From Octopus vulgaris (Eukaryota), in assembly GCA_951406725.2 (NCBI GenBank), contig OX597815.1:127410001-127474000 (forward strand): 64,000 nucleotides of DNA, given 5' to 3'. Positions within the stretch are counted from its first letter, which is position 1; the number at the start of each line of letters is the position of its first letter. Both the position numbers and the translations under genes were made by a program. The notes under the pieces were generated by a model. It worked only from the letters and a program-made list of their open reading frames with translations, did no database searches and was not told the DNA's origin. Of this stretch, positions 11,595 through 25,392 are shown one piece after another.

Positions 11595-14150
11595 TTGTTA
11601 TAAAATTAAGAACTGTGAGCAACTGGTAATTCAGGTTGGTAAGCAGTTCACTGTGAGCTGTGGTTGAGAGTGCTGAGTCTCATGTAATATTAACAGTAGT
11701 GCATTGTGTAAATACTTTCTTTTCCTCTTGCTTGTTATATTATATATCCAACATACAAGGATATAAAAGTGGCGTAGAGTTGTTTGAAGCTTGTGTTGGA
11801 TGTTTAAAATTAATTTTGGTTTCTGTTTTGGTACAAAACCAAGGAAAATTCATTTAACATGGAGAACATATTGGCCTCTGTGGTGCATTTGCAACAGTAA
11901 CAGCACCAACGTCAACAGCAACTACAGTAGCAGCAACAGCAGTTACAACAGCAACTACAGCAGCAGCAGCAACCACAACAGCAACAAAAACAACAGTTGC
12001 TGGAACTGATATTGAAGATGTCTGAAAATACTTCCGGTTCATACTCGACAGACAGCACAGCCAGACTCAGTTGAGGAATTCAGCTATAATCCAGATGAAG
12101 GGATTACCTTCTTTGCATGTTTTCACAGATATGAAGAAATCTACAAAGAAGAGTGTAAAAGTTGGTCCAATGAGAAAAAAGTATGACTACTTTTAAGAAA
12201 GTCATCACCTACCAATGAAAAATATAGTAATTATATTCTGCTAAAGAAACCAGGTGAGATTTGTTTCAATGGAACAATTTTTTATCAAAAATTTTCAGGG
12301 AAAGAAGTTCCCTGTTCAATACTCATTGGCAATGTTTAAATTTGGTCAAAAAAGATGATGAAGACTTCAAATAATCTGCTGGAAAACGATATGAAGTGGT
12401 ATTTTTTGGAAAATTGTCCAAAGGTGTTTGACAAAATATCAAAAAAATATTGGGGAGGAATTTCAACCGTGTTTCGTGGTCTGCTACCAAACAGCTTTAT
12501 AGGATCCAGTTAGCTCAAGACATCATCAGGAGGAACTAAGTCCAGTTTCGGCCCCTACTCCTCTACCGTTTTGACGTGGCAGGGCCCCCACTTTCGGAGG
12601 TGTCTTCAGCTCTGGTGTTGGGTGCATGTCTTCTTTCTTCTGCTCCCTGGCCTCTTCGATATAGTGTCAATGAGTGTCAGCAGGCAACTGACTGTCTTGT
12701 CAAATTTTTTCCTTTAAATACCTGCTGCTAGGCTTCAGACGCTGTAGCTTCAGACACTTCTGAGTATGATATAGGAACAGTAATGCTACATAATGATGGT
12801 AACATGAAAGCAGTGGTTCATGCCTAATGTACTCTGATATGAGCAGAGAAAAATTATAGCCAAATTGAAAAAGAAGCTCTAGCGATTATTTTTGCCTTGA
12901 TAAAATTTCAGATTTTTACACAGTAGAAGTTTTCATCTACAGACTGATCAGAATTCATTATTATTGATATTTGGTTCAAAGAAAGGAATCCCTACCTATA
13001 TTGTTAATAGATTGCAATACAGAGGTACAATATTATTAAACTATGGTTTCAAGATGGAGTATATACCATCCAAGAAATTAGATCATGCAGAGTGTCTGTC
13101 AAAACTGATTTCGAAAAATGTGGAACCACTTGAAGATACTGCGATTGCTGCTATGCAAGCGGAAAATGAAATTAAAAATGTTTTGAGTAACATCATTCGA
13201 GAACTGCCAGTTACTTTACAAGACATGAAATTAAAATTGAAAAACAATAAATTCATTATAAAAATGAAACAAATACTGAAGGCTAAAAGAGATAAAAATA
13301 TTTGCAACATAAATGCAAACCATTTCTCACTGTGTGACAATGTGTTGATGTATGTACAAAGAGTCATAGTACCAGCCTCAGGACAAAAGCAGTTACAGGA
13401 ATTTCATATTGGTCACCCAGGGATTTCAAAAATGAAATCGTTAATGAGAAGTTATGTATACTGGCCAACAATGAACTGTGACATTGAAGAATCAGTGAAA
13501 GCATGCAGAGAGTGTGCCTTAGCTGCAAAAGCACCTACCACTAAATGGCAACCCTGGCCAAAAACAGATGTTCCATGGGCCAGACTGCATGTTGATTATG
13601 CAGGTTCACTTGAGGGTTCTTGTTGTGGTGAACAGTTATCCAATGTGGACAGAAGTGCATAAATGTAAAAAGCTGACATCTGTGGTTACAATAAATTTTT
13701 TAGATGAATTGTTCACCAGGTATGGTCTTCCTGATACCATTGTGTTTGAAAATGGAACTCAATTTATGTCAGACGAGTTCAGAAAATTTTGTAAAATGTC
13801 TGTCATCAAACATGCCACCACTCCGCAATATCATCCTAGCTCAAATGAACAAGTGGAACATTTTGTTGAGACTTTCAAGAAGGCACTGGAAAAGGTGAAC
13901 AATGAAGTGAAGGACATTTCAACATTCTAAGAGTGTACAGATTAACTCCTAATCCAAATACACTGTCGGGAACGTCATCTACAGAATTGATATTTGCTAG
14001 ACAGGTCAGATCAATCTTTGATAAGCTGATACCCAGTGAAAATAATAAAAAGGCAAACAACAAGAATACTTCAAAATTCTTCAAGTTAGGTGACAAAGTT
14101 ATTTTTTTAAAACCTATAGATTTAGATAAGAAAGTTGGGAGAATGGCATA
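11595..14150 (+). mobile_element. Ty3/Gypsy LTR retrotransposon remnant (gag, RNase H, integrase; RT not seen)
   Basis: PBS-like tggcg at ~11770; Q-rich gag start at 11859; RNase H 'AEKNYSQIEKEALAIIFA'; integrase zinc finger 'HIGHPGISKMKSLMRSYVYWP..CREC'; core 'PWARLHVDYAG..GLPDTIVFENGTQF'; frameshifted; LTR boundaries uncertain. Confidence 0.9.
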
Positions 14151-14869
14151 CTGTATATACTCAACTATAAAACACCCTCGCCTATATGATGCACCCGACT
14201 TACAAGGTTCAAAATGAGAATTTTATCATTGACATGACTATAAGACACAGTGACTTTTTTGATGTTGGAGAGCAAAGTTTGATTAGGAATCATGCCAGCA
14301 TAATTGTTATTCAGTAATCATGTTTTCAGTAAGCTGAAGATGATTTACAACAACTGTTAACCCATTAAGTCAATGCATTTTAGAAACCGTTGTTTATAAT
14401 GTCAAAATTTATCCATGACTAGACTACCCATGACCCACTGGATCACCAGGAAACTGACTTTCCCAACAATGAAGTTTTGTTTTGTGGCTTTTTTTTTTTC
14501 TTTTCCAGGTTTTTCGCATGCTTTCAACAAATGTGACATTGAAATCATGTGTAAACAGCTCCTTTCCCCCAAAACTGTTATAAGTATAACAGTTGTTTCT
14601 GGAAACATGGAGATCCATCATAATGTTGGGAGCTGTAGCCTGTCACAATATGCTGGCCATAATGAAACCAATGAACATTGGATAAACCAAACCTTCATCA
14701 TCAGGGTAGAAATTATTTTACATTTCAGATCACAGTGCAGAGAAGTTCAAAGGTGGAATGATTAAATGGGGAGTCAGCAGTATACTAGGGAGGAAGAAGG
14801 AGGCTTGTATATTCAAAGCAGAGACCTCACTGTCCAGTTGGTCCCCTTTACAATCCTCACACAAGCCAG

Positions 14870-16635
14870 ATTACTGACTGTACAAAACTCATTGCTGAAT
14901 GCTATGCAGGAACTGTTACTGTTGAAAACCAAAATGTAGCATCTCCACCAGCTCTGACACCAAATTCCATTACAACTATGAAACTTACACCTTCAATGCT
15001 GAAACATCACCTTAAGAATAAGTGCAAATATGTCTCTCCTGATCTTGATGAAGTTTTATGCCTGCTTCTCAAATGTGGTGAGTACTTTCTGCTGCACCAG
15101 TTTTCACTCTTCTTTCAGTTCTGTCTTAACAATGATGCTACTAGTGTCATTCCTCTGTTCAGAAAGGGTAAGCACATGTCGCCTGTCAACTATTGTCAAG
15201 TCAGTCTCACTAGCTGCATTGCCAAACTGTGTCAGAGAAATGCTGTATCAGAGAAACACTCTGGAACTTCTGGAATTCTCACAACCTTATCCAGCCCTCA
15301 CAATTTGGATTTATCCCTAACTCCAGCTGCTGTGATCAAATTATTGAGTTTCATGAAGACATCACTTGGGTCACTGATGGCAGTTTATGGGTAGATGTTG
15401 TTTACCTTGACTTTGCTAAAGCTTTTAATTCTGTGCCACACAAAAGACTTATGGTAAAACTCTCTGAAATGGGTGTGAAAGATGATCTTTTTAACTAGAT
15501 GGAGTCTTTCATTCTCAGCCGAAAAGAGGTAGTAATGGTTCTAGGATAGCATTCTTCACCTTATGAGATATCATCTGGTGTACTGCAGGGATCTGTTCTT
15601 GGTCCCCAGTTGTTTGTTGCATACATTAATAACATGGATGCCACAGTGCTAAAATATGCAGATAAAATCAAGCTGTACCTTAAGATAAAAAGAACAGATC
15701 CTGAATACTATAGATCTTTCCTGCAATCAGACCTGGACACAATGAAACAATGGATCATGGACTGGTAACTAAAGCTGGCTGTGGACAAGTGTACCACCAT
15801 GCATTTTGGAAGGAAAAACCCAGTGTCCACATACTCTCTCCACAATACTAATATCAAGCAGTCTTATTGTGAACGTGACCTGAGCATTACTGTCAGCAGT
15901 GATTTGCACTGAACAAACCACATCTCTAAAATTATCAAGAAGGACGCAGGTGTCTTGGCATCACTCAGCAAGACCTTTGTCAGCCATTCTCCAGCTATTT
16001 ATCTAAGGCTGTATATGGCTATGGTGCAACCACACTCGGAATTTGCATCACTGGTCTGGAACCCCTATCTTGCTCAGGACATTGACCTCCTGGAAACTGT
16101 TCAGAGACATGCAACCAAGTGAATACCCTCCATCAGGCATCTACCGTACTCTGAATGTCTTGCTTCCTTGAGCATTGAAGCTCCAAAATCTGGCAACTGG
16201 CTTGGTAAACACCCACAAAATTATTAACCATTGTGCCAACAACCATCTTGAGCACCTTTTTGAGTTCCATATGTCTAACACATGTGGACATGCTTACAAA
16301 GTCAGAAAATAGCACAGCTCCCATGACTTTCAGAAACATTTTTACACTCAGAGTCGTTGAAGCATGGAACAAACTACCTACATCAGTTGTTAGTTGCCGA
16401 GATATTCCAGCCTTTAAAACCTTCATGCTTCTTGAAATTCACCAACATTATACTTGATATCCTCTCCCTCCATAAGCATGCACTCATGTATATCATGACT
16501 CATACACTGTTCACTTTCCTGACTTTTGTACATAATTCTATGTACTGTACATGCACTTTAGATGAGTTGTAGTGCATCTGCACTATACACAATAAGTTCA
16601 TCATTATTATTATTATTATCATTATTATTATTATA
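14870..16635 (+). mobile_element. CR1/Jockey-group LINE, 5'-truncated and decayed
   Basis: 'VDVVYLDFAKAFNSVPHKRL', 'SGVLQGSVLGP', degenerate YADD ('YADK'), C-terminal 'FTLRVVEAWNKLP'; (ATT)n tail. Confidence 0.9.
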
Positions 16636-16653
16636 TGGAGTATTAATAACAGT

Positions 16654-16748
16654 GGAGGAAGTAAGGAGTTATAAGTCCAACATCTGCTTCTGGGGGATCT
16701 CTGAGCTTCCAGAAACAGTTGTTGGACTCATAACACCTTACTTCCTCC
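16654..16748. other. 95-nt hairpin (40-bp arms, 4 mismatches, 15-nt loop)
   Basis: ggaggaagtaaggagttataagtccaacatctgcttctgg ... ccagaaacagttgttggactcataacaccttacttcctcc. Confidence 0.85.
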
Positions 16749-17111
16749 TCATTAAATTTTTTGTCATTTGTACTCTGTGTAAGTTGGATTCATTAATATA
16801 AATATCTCTATATTTATACACAACTGTTCATCATCTGAAAGTTTCCACACTTTGCTTTCTCTCATTTTGCATGTATACATATATACATGTCTTATATTTC
16901 ATACCCAAACTGTTATATTTAATGTATTTAATTTGTTAATCCTCATAATTGCCTGCATATTAGCTCAACTTGATCCCTCCTATAGCCATTCTTTACTCTG
17001 TGGAATTGATCCCCTGTAATGACATTGGAGTCTAAGTTTGAAAGATTTGAGCACTACTAAGTGTCTTCTATAAAGAAAATCTCTGGATCTCATCTATTGA
17101 TTATATAAATA

Positions 17112-18353
17112 CAGGGTTTGGAGAAAATAATGGAAACATCTAGCATCAGAGCATCATAATAATTTTGAAATATCTGTAAAACCGTCGAAAGCTGGTTTAT
17201 TTTTATGTTTTTTGTTTTATTATTAGTGTTGGTTAATATGTTTTGCTAAAATTGCTGTTTCTTTTCAGATATCATCAGAAAAAGGTAATTAAAATTCATT
17301 AAAATGACAGATCTATCAGACTTTTAAAGAGGTCGAATTGTTGGTGCTCGTATGGCAGGTGCTAGTGTAATGAAAACAACCAAAATGTTTGGGGGGTATC
17401 AAGAAGTACTGTCTTGAAAGTAATGACAGCCTTTGAGAAAGAGGGGAAAAACCTCCTCATCGAAACATAACACCAGAACAAAAACAAAACTTTCAGATAG
17501 GGACCGATGGATTCGCACACAAATTATTAGAAAGGATCACAAAAGTACAGCTCCCAAAATTACTGCAGAACATAATGATCACCTTGAGAACCCAGTTTCC
17601 ACAAAAACTGTTCACCAGGAGCTGTACAAAGCCAGATTTCACAGGAGGGCTGCAATCAGAAAACCACTCCTTTCAAAAACAAACATTGCAAAAAAGTGTT
17701 TAGAGAAGAGTAAAAACCTACAGAATTGGTTCCTTTACCATATTTCTGACCACTGGCCGAGTATATACATGTGGAGACAGCCAAAAGAAGCATTTGACCC
17801 AGACAGCCTTCATCCAACTGTTAAACATGGAGGAGGATCTGTGATGATCTGGTGGGGGTTGTATCTTGGAAATCTGCCGACCCAATGGTTTCTCTTTATG
17901 GCAGAATTAATAGTGAAGACTATTTAAGCATTTTATCTGATCAAATTCATCATATGGTTGCAGAACTGTTTCTGGAGGGAAACAAAATCTTTCAGGATGA
18001 TAATGCACCAATTTGCACAGCTAAAGTTGTTACTGATTGGCAAGAGGAACATTCTAGTGAAGTTGAACATCTTATCTGGCCACCACAGTCCCCAGAACTC
18101 AATATTATTGAACATTTATAGTGCATTTTAGAAAAGTAAGTAAGGAGTCGATATCCTCCACCATCATCACTACAAGAACTGGGGACTGTTTTAGCTGAAG
18201 AATTGACAAAAATTCCTTTGGAAACAATTCTAACTTTGTATGAGTCCATATCTCGTAGAAGTCAAACTGTAATTACTGCCAAAAGTCAGTCCTACCCAAT
18301 ATTAAAATAAATTTGAAATTTTAAGGTGTTTCCATTATTTTGTCCCACCCCTG
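17112..18353 (+). mobile_element. Tc1-family DNA transposon, near full length, with pseudogenised transposase
   Basis: TIRs cagggtttggagaaaataatggaaaca / tgtttccattattttgtcccacccctg; TA at the left flank; 'TVKHGGGSVMIW' and 'FQDDNAP..WPPQSPELNIIEHL' (DD34E type). Confidence 0.93.
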
Positions 18354-18362
18354 CATATATAA

Positions 18363-18395
<33 letters not shown>

Positions 18396-18622
18396 TGCGC
18401 ACACATACAGTACTCCAATTTTACTTCTAAGACATTGGCCACTAAGCTCAAGACTTCCAATAGAAAAGTTGGCAAAGGTTTCAGACAGAGATAGAACTTG
18501 AGACCATGTGGTAACAAACCAACCTCCATAACCATGCAGTCTCAAGTTTTATCTCACTGTACTGCACATTATATCTTAAAATTGGAAAACTTGTTTACCA
18601 TATTTTTAAATGACAGTAAGCT

Positions 18623-19440
18623 ATCATCATCATCGTTTAACGTCTGTTTTCCGCGCTAGCACGGGTTGGACGGTTCAACCGGGGTCTGGGAAGCCAGGGG
18701 CTGCACCAGGCTCCGGTCTGATCTGGCAGTGTTTCTACAGCTGGATGCCCTTCCTAACGCCAACCACTCCACGAGTGTAGTGGGTGCTTTTTACATGCCA
18801 CCGGCACAGGTGCCAGGGGAGTCTGGCATTGGCCACGATCGGTTGGTGCTTTTAACATGCCACCGGCACAGAAGCCAGCCAAGGCGGCGCTGACATCGGC
18901 CACGTTCGGATGGTGCTTTTTATGTGCCACTGGCACAGAAGCCAGTCGACGCGGCGCTGGCATCGACCACGTTTGGATGGTGCTTTTTATGTGCCACCGG
19001 CACAGAAGCCAGTCGAGGCGGCACTGGCAACAGCCACATTCGGATGGTGCTTTTTATGTGCCACCAGCACAGGTATCACAACTACTATTTCCATTGATGT
19101 TTATTTCGATGTTCATGTACTTGACTTAACAGGTCTCCTCAAGCACAGCGGGATGTTCTGGAATCCAAGGTACTTTGAATGGACAGGGGCTATGCGGAGC
19201 TGGTGCAGGAAGCAGCCTGGGTCTTTGCAGTCACAGCATATCTCCAGAGATCTCGGTCCTTCGCCATTGCCTCAGTGAGGTCCAACGCTCTGAGGTCATG
19301 CTTGACTACCTCATCCCATGTCTTCCTGGGTCTACCTCTCCTCCTGATACCTTTAACTGTTTGGGAGCGGCACTTCTTCACACATCCCACCTCATCCATC
19401 CGCAGTACATGACCATACCATCGCAAGCGTCGCTCTTAAC
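18623..19440 (-). mobile_element. RTE LINE 3' end (young copy)
   Basis: 'RWYGHVLRMDE..RRRGRPRKTWDEVVKHDLRAL' is an RTE C-terminus; (CAT)n tail; CpGs retained; ~62-bp subrepeats in the 3' UTR. Confidence 0.9.
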
Positions 19441-19596
19441 CGTGTGGTTACTTCGTTAATAAGCTATGTTAAAGGATAATGTATAAAATATGAAGGGGAT
19501 AGCAACAGATTTGAAGTTTATTTGTACAATACTAAATTTCATCCCATGCTTATATCAAGTTACATTCATTCAAATTAAACTCAAGAACATACCTAC

Positions 19597-19761
19597 CTTA
19601 AATGTCATTTGTTTTTCCTTTTCATAATCAAGTTCATCAGGATTATTAACACTCAGAGCTACATTTGTTTCTGTTACTGATTCTACTGGAATAACTTTAA
19701 GAGCAGTGAATGGTTTACCATCCAAAGTTTTCAAGCTAAGACTGAATTTACTGTACTCCAC
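19597..19761 (-). CDS. Cadherin exon
   Basis: TAG acceptor, GTAGGT donor; 165 nt; VEYSKFSLSLKTLDGKPFTALKVIPVESVTETNVALSVNNPDELDYEKEKQMTFK, with LDYE motif. Confidence 0.92.
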
Positions 19762-21096
19762 CTAAAACAAACAAAGGCATGTCCCTCTCTTGAATAAGCA
19801 TGTATTGTTGATATATCAATAATCAGAAATACCCAAATATAATCACAACATATCGCAAAGACTAATGATCTTATTTATTTTTTCCTTTTTACATCAGCAG
19901 CAGAGGTAGTTCATGAAAAAGTACTTCATTATGTTAGTAGAATGGGTAGAAAGAAAATTTATAAATTCTTGGACAAATTTGTAAATAAGATTATAAATTC
20001 TAAATTGTTGACCTAAAATTAACTTTTAAACAATTTAATATAATGTTATTTTCTTAGGAAATTTCTGTCTTTGTTAAAATTCATAGAACAATGAGACTTT
20101 AAAATTATCATGTGAATAATAATCCTTTCTAATATAGGCACAAGGCCTGAAATCAGATGGACCCCAGTGTTTCACTGGTACTTAATTAATCAACCCTGAA
20201 AGGATAAAATGCAAAGCCAAATTCAGAACGTAATGGTAGGTGAAATACCACGAAGAATTTCGCTTGGCATGCTCACAATTCTGCCAGCTCAAATGAAAAT
20301 GGTTCTTATTCAATCACAGAAAATTAAACTGAAGTAGAAAGAGTTGTTTCCTCTGTATAATTCGATTCTGTGGAATAGTTTTTTAAAAAAGTATAACGTA
20401 GTATGTAGTTTCTAATCATTGCAAGAATGTATTCTTTATGTTCAGTGTGGTACTTCACCATTTAAGCATTAAGAGCCAACCATAAAAACAACAGTAAATT
20501 TCAACTCAGAATTGTATAGCCAATAGTCCAGACCCCTTAGCTATATCAGGCCCTTATACTTCATTATAATTCAATACACATGTACATTAACCTACACATA
20601 TTTCAATGATATTTGCATTATAAACTAATATTTTGTTCTTACAATGATATCTATGCTATTTATTATTTGCACTTTCTTTTATAAGGAGGAGGATTAACAC
20701 CCATGACCTTTGCAGGAGAAATAGTGGAGTAGCAAAATCATTAAAAATTGTTATAACTCTTAGAAGATCAGATCTACTTATAGACTACTCACAGATTTAG
20801 TTTTTAGCCCTAGCAAATCATAGCAGACTAAAATTTTTTTTATCAAATTATAGTATAGTATACATAACTCTTGGCTAAACCAACTCCTTATCAAGTTATT
20901 CGAATCTTGAGATATTTTTGTAACTCTAGCAGTTCGTACTTTATGTGTTCTATTTTAAATAAAGTAAATCTGTTGTAACCCATTCTACCCTTCCAAACTT
21001 GCCAGAAATGCTAAAACTCAGTGAAACCCATGATAGCGTTTCTCTATTTCTTACTGCTACCATTTCCTCTCTCTATCTCTGTTCCAGTCCCTCAAG

Positions 21097-21340
21097 AAAT
21101 ATTGGTTTCAAATTTTGGCACAAGGCCAACAATTTTGAAGGAGGGGTTAAGTCAGTTACATCAACCCCAGTGTCCAACTGGTACTTATTTTATTGCCCCA
21201 CCACTACCACCAACACCTAAAAAAATGGATGAAAAGCAAAGTTGACCTCAGCAGAATTTGAACTCAGAACATGAAGATGGACAAAATGCCACCAAGCATT
21301 TTGCATGGCATGCTAACGATTCTGTCAGCTTGCTGCCTTA
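21097..21340 (-). mobile_element. SINE-like element; related copies at 20120-20290, 25860-26020 and 26060-26235
   Basis: Shared 'ggcacaaggcc..accccagtg..actggtactta..gaaagcaaagttgacctc.gcagaatttgaactcag'. Confidence 0.6.
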
Positions 21341-21886
21341 GTCCCTTAAGAAATATTACTTATAGTTTATAGTCCTTCTTTCTAGAGACGATCTCAGAGA
21401 GAAACTTTCTTTCTTCCATCAGATTCATCTCAATAGCGTATCTAAAAAAAAGCTCTGGATTGCCAGCAAATTTTAGTATATTCTAATTTAGATTGTTGTG
21501 AATAGTCCCCTTATTTTTGTTTCCATTTCAGCTGCCAATAGACCCTTCAATTTTACTGTAGGAAAATGGATAACAAAATAAATGCAAGTCTCTTCTGTTA
21601 TGTTGTACTTGTACAACAAACTGCAACTCAACAGTGTACTATACAATTCTAATTCAGACTTAATTATTGTATATATCAGGAGTGTAACATTCATCAACTG
21701 CCCGATTTTCTGATCTAACAGGGCTACCAAACAATAAGAAAACAAAATTTACTTTCCTATTTAAACTACAAAATGCCATTTAAAAAAATGAGAGATTAAA
21801 ATATTAAAATATTCATAAATTAAAATACAAAAGATACAATAGGAAGAAGAAGAATAAAATATGTGAGAAATGCAAAAATTCAGTAC

Positions 21887-22075
21887 CGTATCCTCGTCTT
21901 TTACAGTTATAATCTCATTTATTGTTACTGGATTATCCTTTGTAGTATTTTCATTGACCTTTGCAGTGAAAGAATTTTTATTGAAGAAGGGATCATTGTC
22001 ATTCACATCTTCTACAAATATTGTGATGTTTTTTGTGACACTATCACCTATTTGGTTATTTATTACTTCATAAGC
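21887..22075 (-). CDS. Cadherin exon
   Basis: TAG acceptor, GTACTG donor; 189 nt; AYEVINNQIGDSVTKNITIFVEDVNDNDPFFNKNSFTAKVNENTTKDNPVTINEIITVKDEDT, with canonical DxNDNxP. Confidence 0.95.
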
Positions 22076-22399
22076 CTATAAAATACAAGAGAAAAGCACT
22101 ATAATGAATTAATTTATTTCAATGAAAATATTGGCCAACAATTTTAAACCTGAGACTGAATAAAAATTTCATGCAAATAACTTATTTTATAAATAGTTTC
22201 ATAATGAATTCTACAGGCTTTTTCTTTTTCTTTTTTTTTTTTATTTTTAAATTGTATGATATTCATGAAGACTCCATAGTATGTATGCCCCTTCGAATTT
22301 AGATATCTTCTTTTTGCTCAAATCAAAACCACTAGTGGAAGCATTCCAAAAGTGAGACCATTAAGTTATCCCCAATGATTGGTGTAGTAGTACTATAGT

Positions 22400-25392
22400 T
22401 AGCTGCTACAAGAGTAAAGGAGATGCCTTAAATAAAAACAACTACAAAGGTATCATACAGAGAGGGTTATGGCTCAATTGATTAGGAATAGAATTAGAAT
22501 AGATGAGATGCAATATGGTCTTGTGCCTGAGAAGAGTAACACAGATACCATCTTCCTCATGAGACAGCTGCAAGAGAAGTATCTGGCCAAATGTTAACTA
22601 TTGTACTTGCTTTTTGTCAACCTGGAGAAAGCTTTTGACAGAGTACCTCACTCTGTAATCTGGTAGTCTCTAAGGAAGTTAGGATTAGATAAGTGGCTTG
22701 TTAGACCTGTACATGCCATGTACAGATGTTTATGTAGGGTGGGAGTCAGTGACGAATGTAGTGTACAAGTAGGAGTCCATTAGGGTTCAGTTCTCAGTCC
22801 ACTCTTGTTCATCATAGTACTCCAGGCCATGACACAGAAATTTAAAATTAGCTGCCTGTGGGAACTACTATAGGCTGATGACCTTGCTCTTGTTGCTGAA
22901 TCTGTATCAAAATTGGTGAAGAAATTCCAGGTATGGAAGCTCAACATGAAATCAAAAGGCTTTAAAGTTAAACTGGCAAAGACTTGTTATTAGCAAGAAA
23001 GTTGATAAGACTCTCTTTCCATCTGGTAAATAACCCTACTTAATATGTAGGAAAGGTGTTGGAAGAAATTCCATTCATTGCATCCAGTGCGAGTGATGCT
23101 TACATAAGAGGTGAAGCAGAATCACAGAGAGGTTAACAGAAAAAGTTGTGTTTGTATGAGGCAGATATGCAGGAACAATGAACATTAAGGAGACATGGGA
23201 ATTAGACTCTCTCAAATGCCCAGGAATCTCTCTTGAAGTTGTAGAGAGATTTTGTTCCTTTTGTGACTAAATTAACAGTGGTGGAGGATGTTTTGAAAGT
23301 ACTGTTGCGAGAATAAGAATATGATGAAGTTCAGAAAGCTATTACCTCTGTTAGCAACAAAAGGACTCTCTCTCAGAGGGAAAGGCAAATTACATAATAC
23401 TTGAATACAAACAGCTCAACTTCATGGTAGTGAGACATGGGTTCTGAATGAAGATGACATGCATAGACTAGAGAGGAATGACGCTCTTATGTTCTAATGG
23501 ATATGCAGCATAAGTGTACATGTATGACAAAGTGTAAATAGTCAGAGAGAAAAGTTGAGCATAAGAGTAATCAGATGCAACATGCAAAAGAGAAGAGTAT
23601 ACTGGTTTGGACATGTGATGTGTTTGAATGAAGATAGCTGTATAAAGAAAAGTTGATCACTTAAAGTTGATGGCAACTGTTGAAGAGGGTGACCCAGTAA
23701 GACAAGGAGAGAACTGATGTCAGTACGTTGGGCTTCACAGAGGAGATGACAATGGACCAAGATGTTTGGTGATATGAGATTCTTGAGAAGACCTACCCAC
23801 TTCAGCAATGCAATATTATTTTATACACTTAGTATTTTTTTACATGTTTACACTTTTAACACCTTCAAAGTATTCTTCATTTGAAGCAATGCATCTGTCT
23901 AGACACATTTTCCACTGTTCAAAGCAGTGTTGGAACTCCTGCAAAGTGATGCCTTTTAATGCTGGTCATTTTTTTCTTCACACCTTCCACATCTTCAAAT
24001 TCTGTAGCCCCAGATTTCATCACCAGTGATGAGCTTCAAAAAAATTCTGGATCAACTTCCAACTGTTCTTTCAGTTCACGATATACATTCAATTGTGTTT
24101 GCTATTGATTTTCTGTGAGCAAGCAAAGCACAAGTTTTGCTGCAATTCTTTTCATTCGCAATTCCTTGCTCAAAATTCATTGGCAGGAACTCCAAGACAC
24201 ACCAGGCTTATCAACAAGTTCGTCAATTGTTTGGTGATGGTCCTCCAAGATAAGTTCATGAATTTTCATGATGTTTTCATTTGTTTGAGAAGTCAATGAT
24301 TGCCCTGAATGAGGTTGATATTCAAGCAACAAGTGACCATTTCTAAAGCATGAAAACCACTCACAAACTTGTGTTTTTCTCATAGCAGCATCCTTGAAAA
24401 CTGTCTGAAATATCACAACTGTTTCCAGTGCTGTTTTCCCCAAAAATAAAAAGAATTTCATGGAAGCACATTGTTCCTTCATATCAGCCATCACAAAAAA
24501 CAACAAACAGAGGAAATGCGCAACAAAACAAAGATGCACCATGTGACAGTAAGATCCCAGACACCACAGATTGATGTTTGAAGGTTGCATCAAGTGGCAG
24601 AATCCCAAACTACAATTGGCTTATGCTACAGAGAGTGTTTCTGGTTATTTTGGGTACCCCCATGTATAACCAGGTTTCACCAGTAACTTCATTCTCTCCC
24701 CTCTCATGTTTTTGCATTCATATGAACTCCCTACTCATGCACCCTTAACAATGCTCTACCATGCAATTTATATTCTCGTCTCTGCACCTTGAGAGTATGC
24801 CCTGGTACACTGCTACCATCTCTCTCACTCTCGTTCTCTTCCACTCTCACTTTCTTTCATTTTTTATCACACACTCCCTCTCTCTCTCTCTCACACACTA
24901 TCTCCTTCCAACTGCAGCAACCATGTATCTCCTCTATAGCAAGACACCTGCTTCTTTCCTTCTGCATACTCTAATCTTTCATTATCTGGCACAAATCCGC
25001 CTTCTCCAGTATTTCTCAGTCTCAAAGGATCTTTGTCTTACAAGTTACTTGGTGACCTCGCTGGTACTGGTGCCACATAAAAAGCATCCACTACACCCTG
25101 TAAAGTTGTTGGCATTAGAATGGGTATCCAACCATAAAAACTAAGCCAAAAGAGACCTTGCCAGTGCTGGTGCCACATGAAAAGCATCTACTACATTCTG
25201 TGAAATGGTTGGAATTAGGAATGGCATCCAGCTGTAAAAAAAAACACATTCCAAAATAGACAGTAGAACTTGGTGATCTGTCAAACTGGAAATCATGCCA
25301 AATCAGACTGGAGTCTGGTGCAGCCCCTCAGATTACTAGCCCTAGTCAAACCATCCAACCCATGAACAACAGATGTTAAATGATGATGATGA
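22400..25392 (+). mobile_element. RTE LINE, decayed, split by a mariner insertion
   Basis: 'FVNLEKAFDRVP', 'GSVLSPLLF', 'ADDLAL' and 'WFGHVM' on the plus strand; 3' UTR and (GAT)n tail at ~25040-25392. Confidence 0.85.
23810..24665 (-). mobile_element. Mariner (SETMAR/Mos1-like) element, internally deleted; related end fragment at 26906-27200
   Basis: 'KEQCASMKFFLFLGKTALETV..KTQVCEWFSCFRNG' is a mariner HTH; TIR-like 'ttttgggtacccccatgta' vs 'tacgaagaggtacccaaaa'. Confidence 0.85.

Noticed and set aside
12964-14217. Integrase ORFs as a host gene
   Set aside because: Frameshifted Gypsy pol with a degenerate catalytic motif (FENG in place of SDNG).
18780-19075. Repeat-spacer-like array of ~62-bp units (also at 6100-6350 and 1590-1790) resembling CRISPR
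   Set aside because: These are internal subrepeats of the RTE LINE 3' UTR; the 'spacers' are related to each other, the context is eukaryotic and there are no cas genes.
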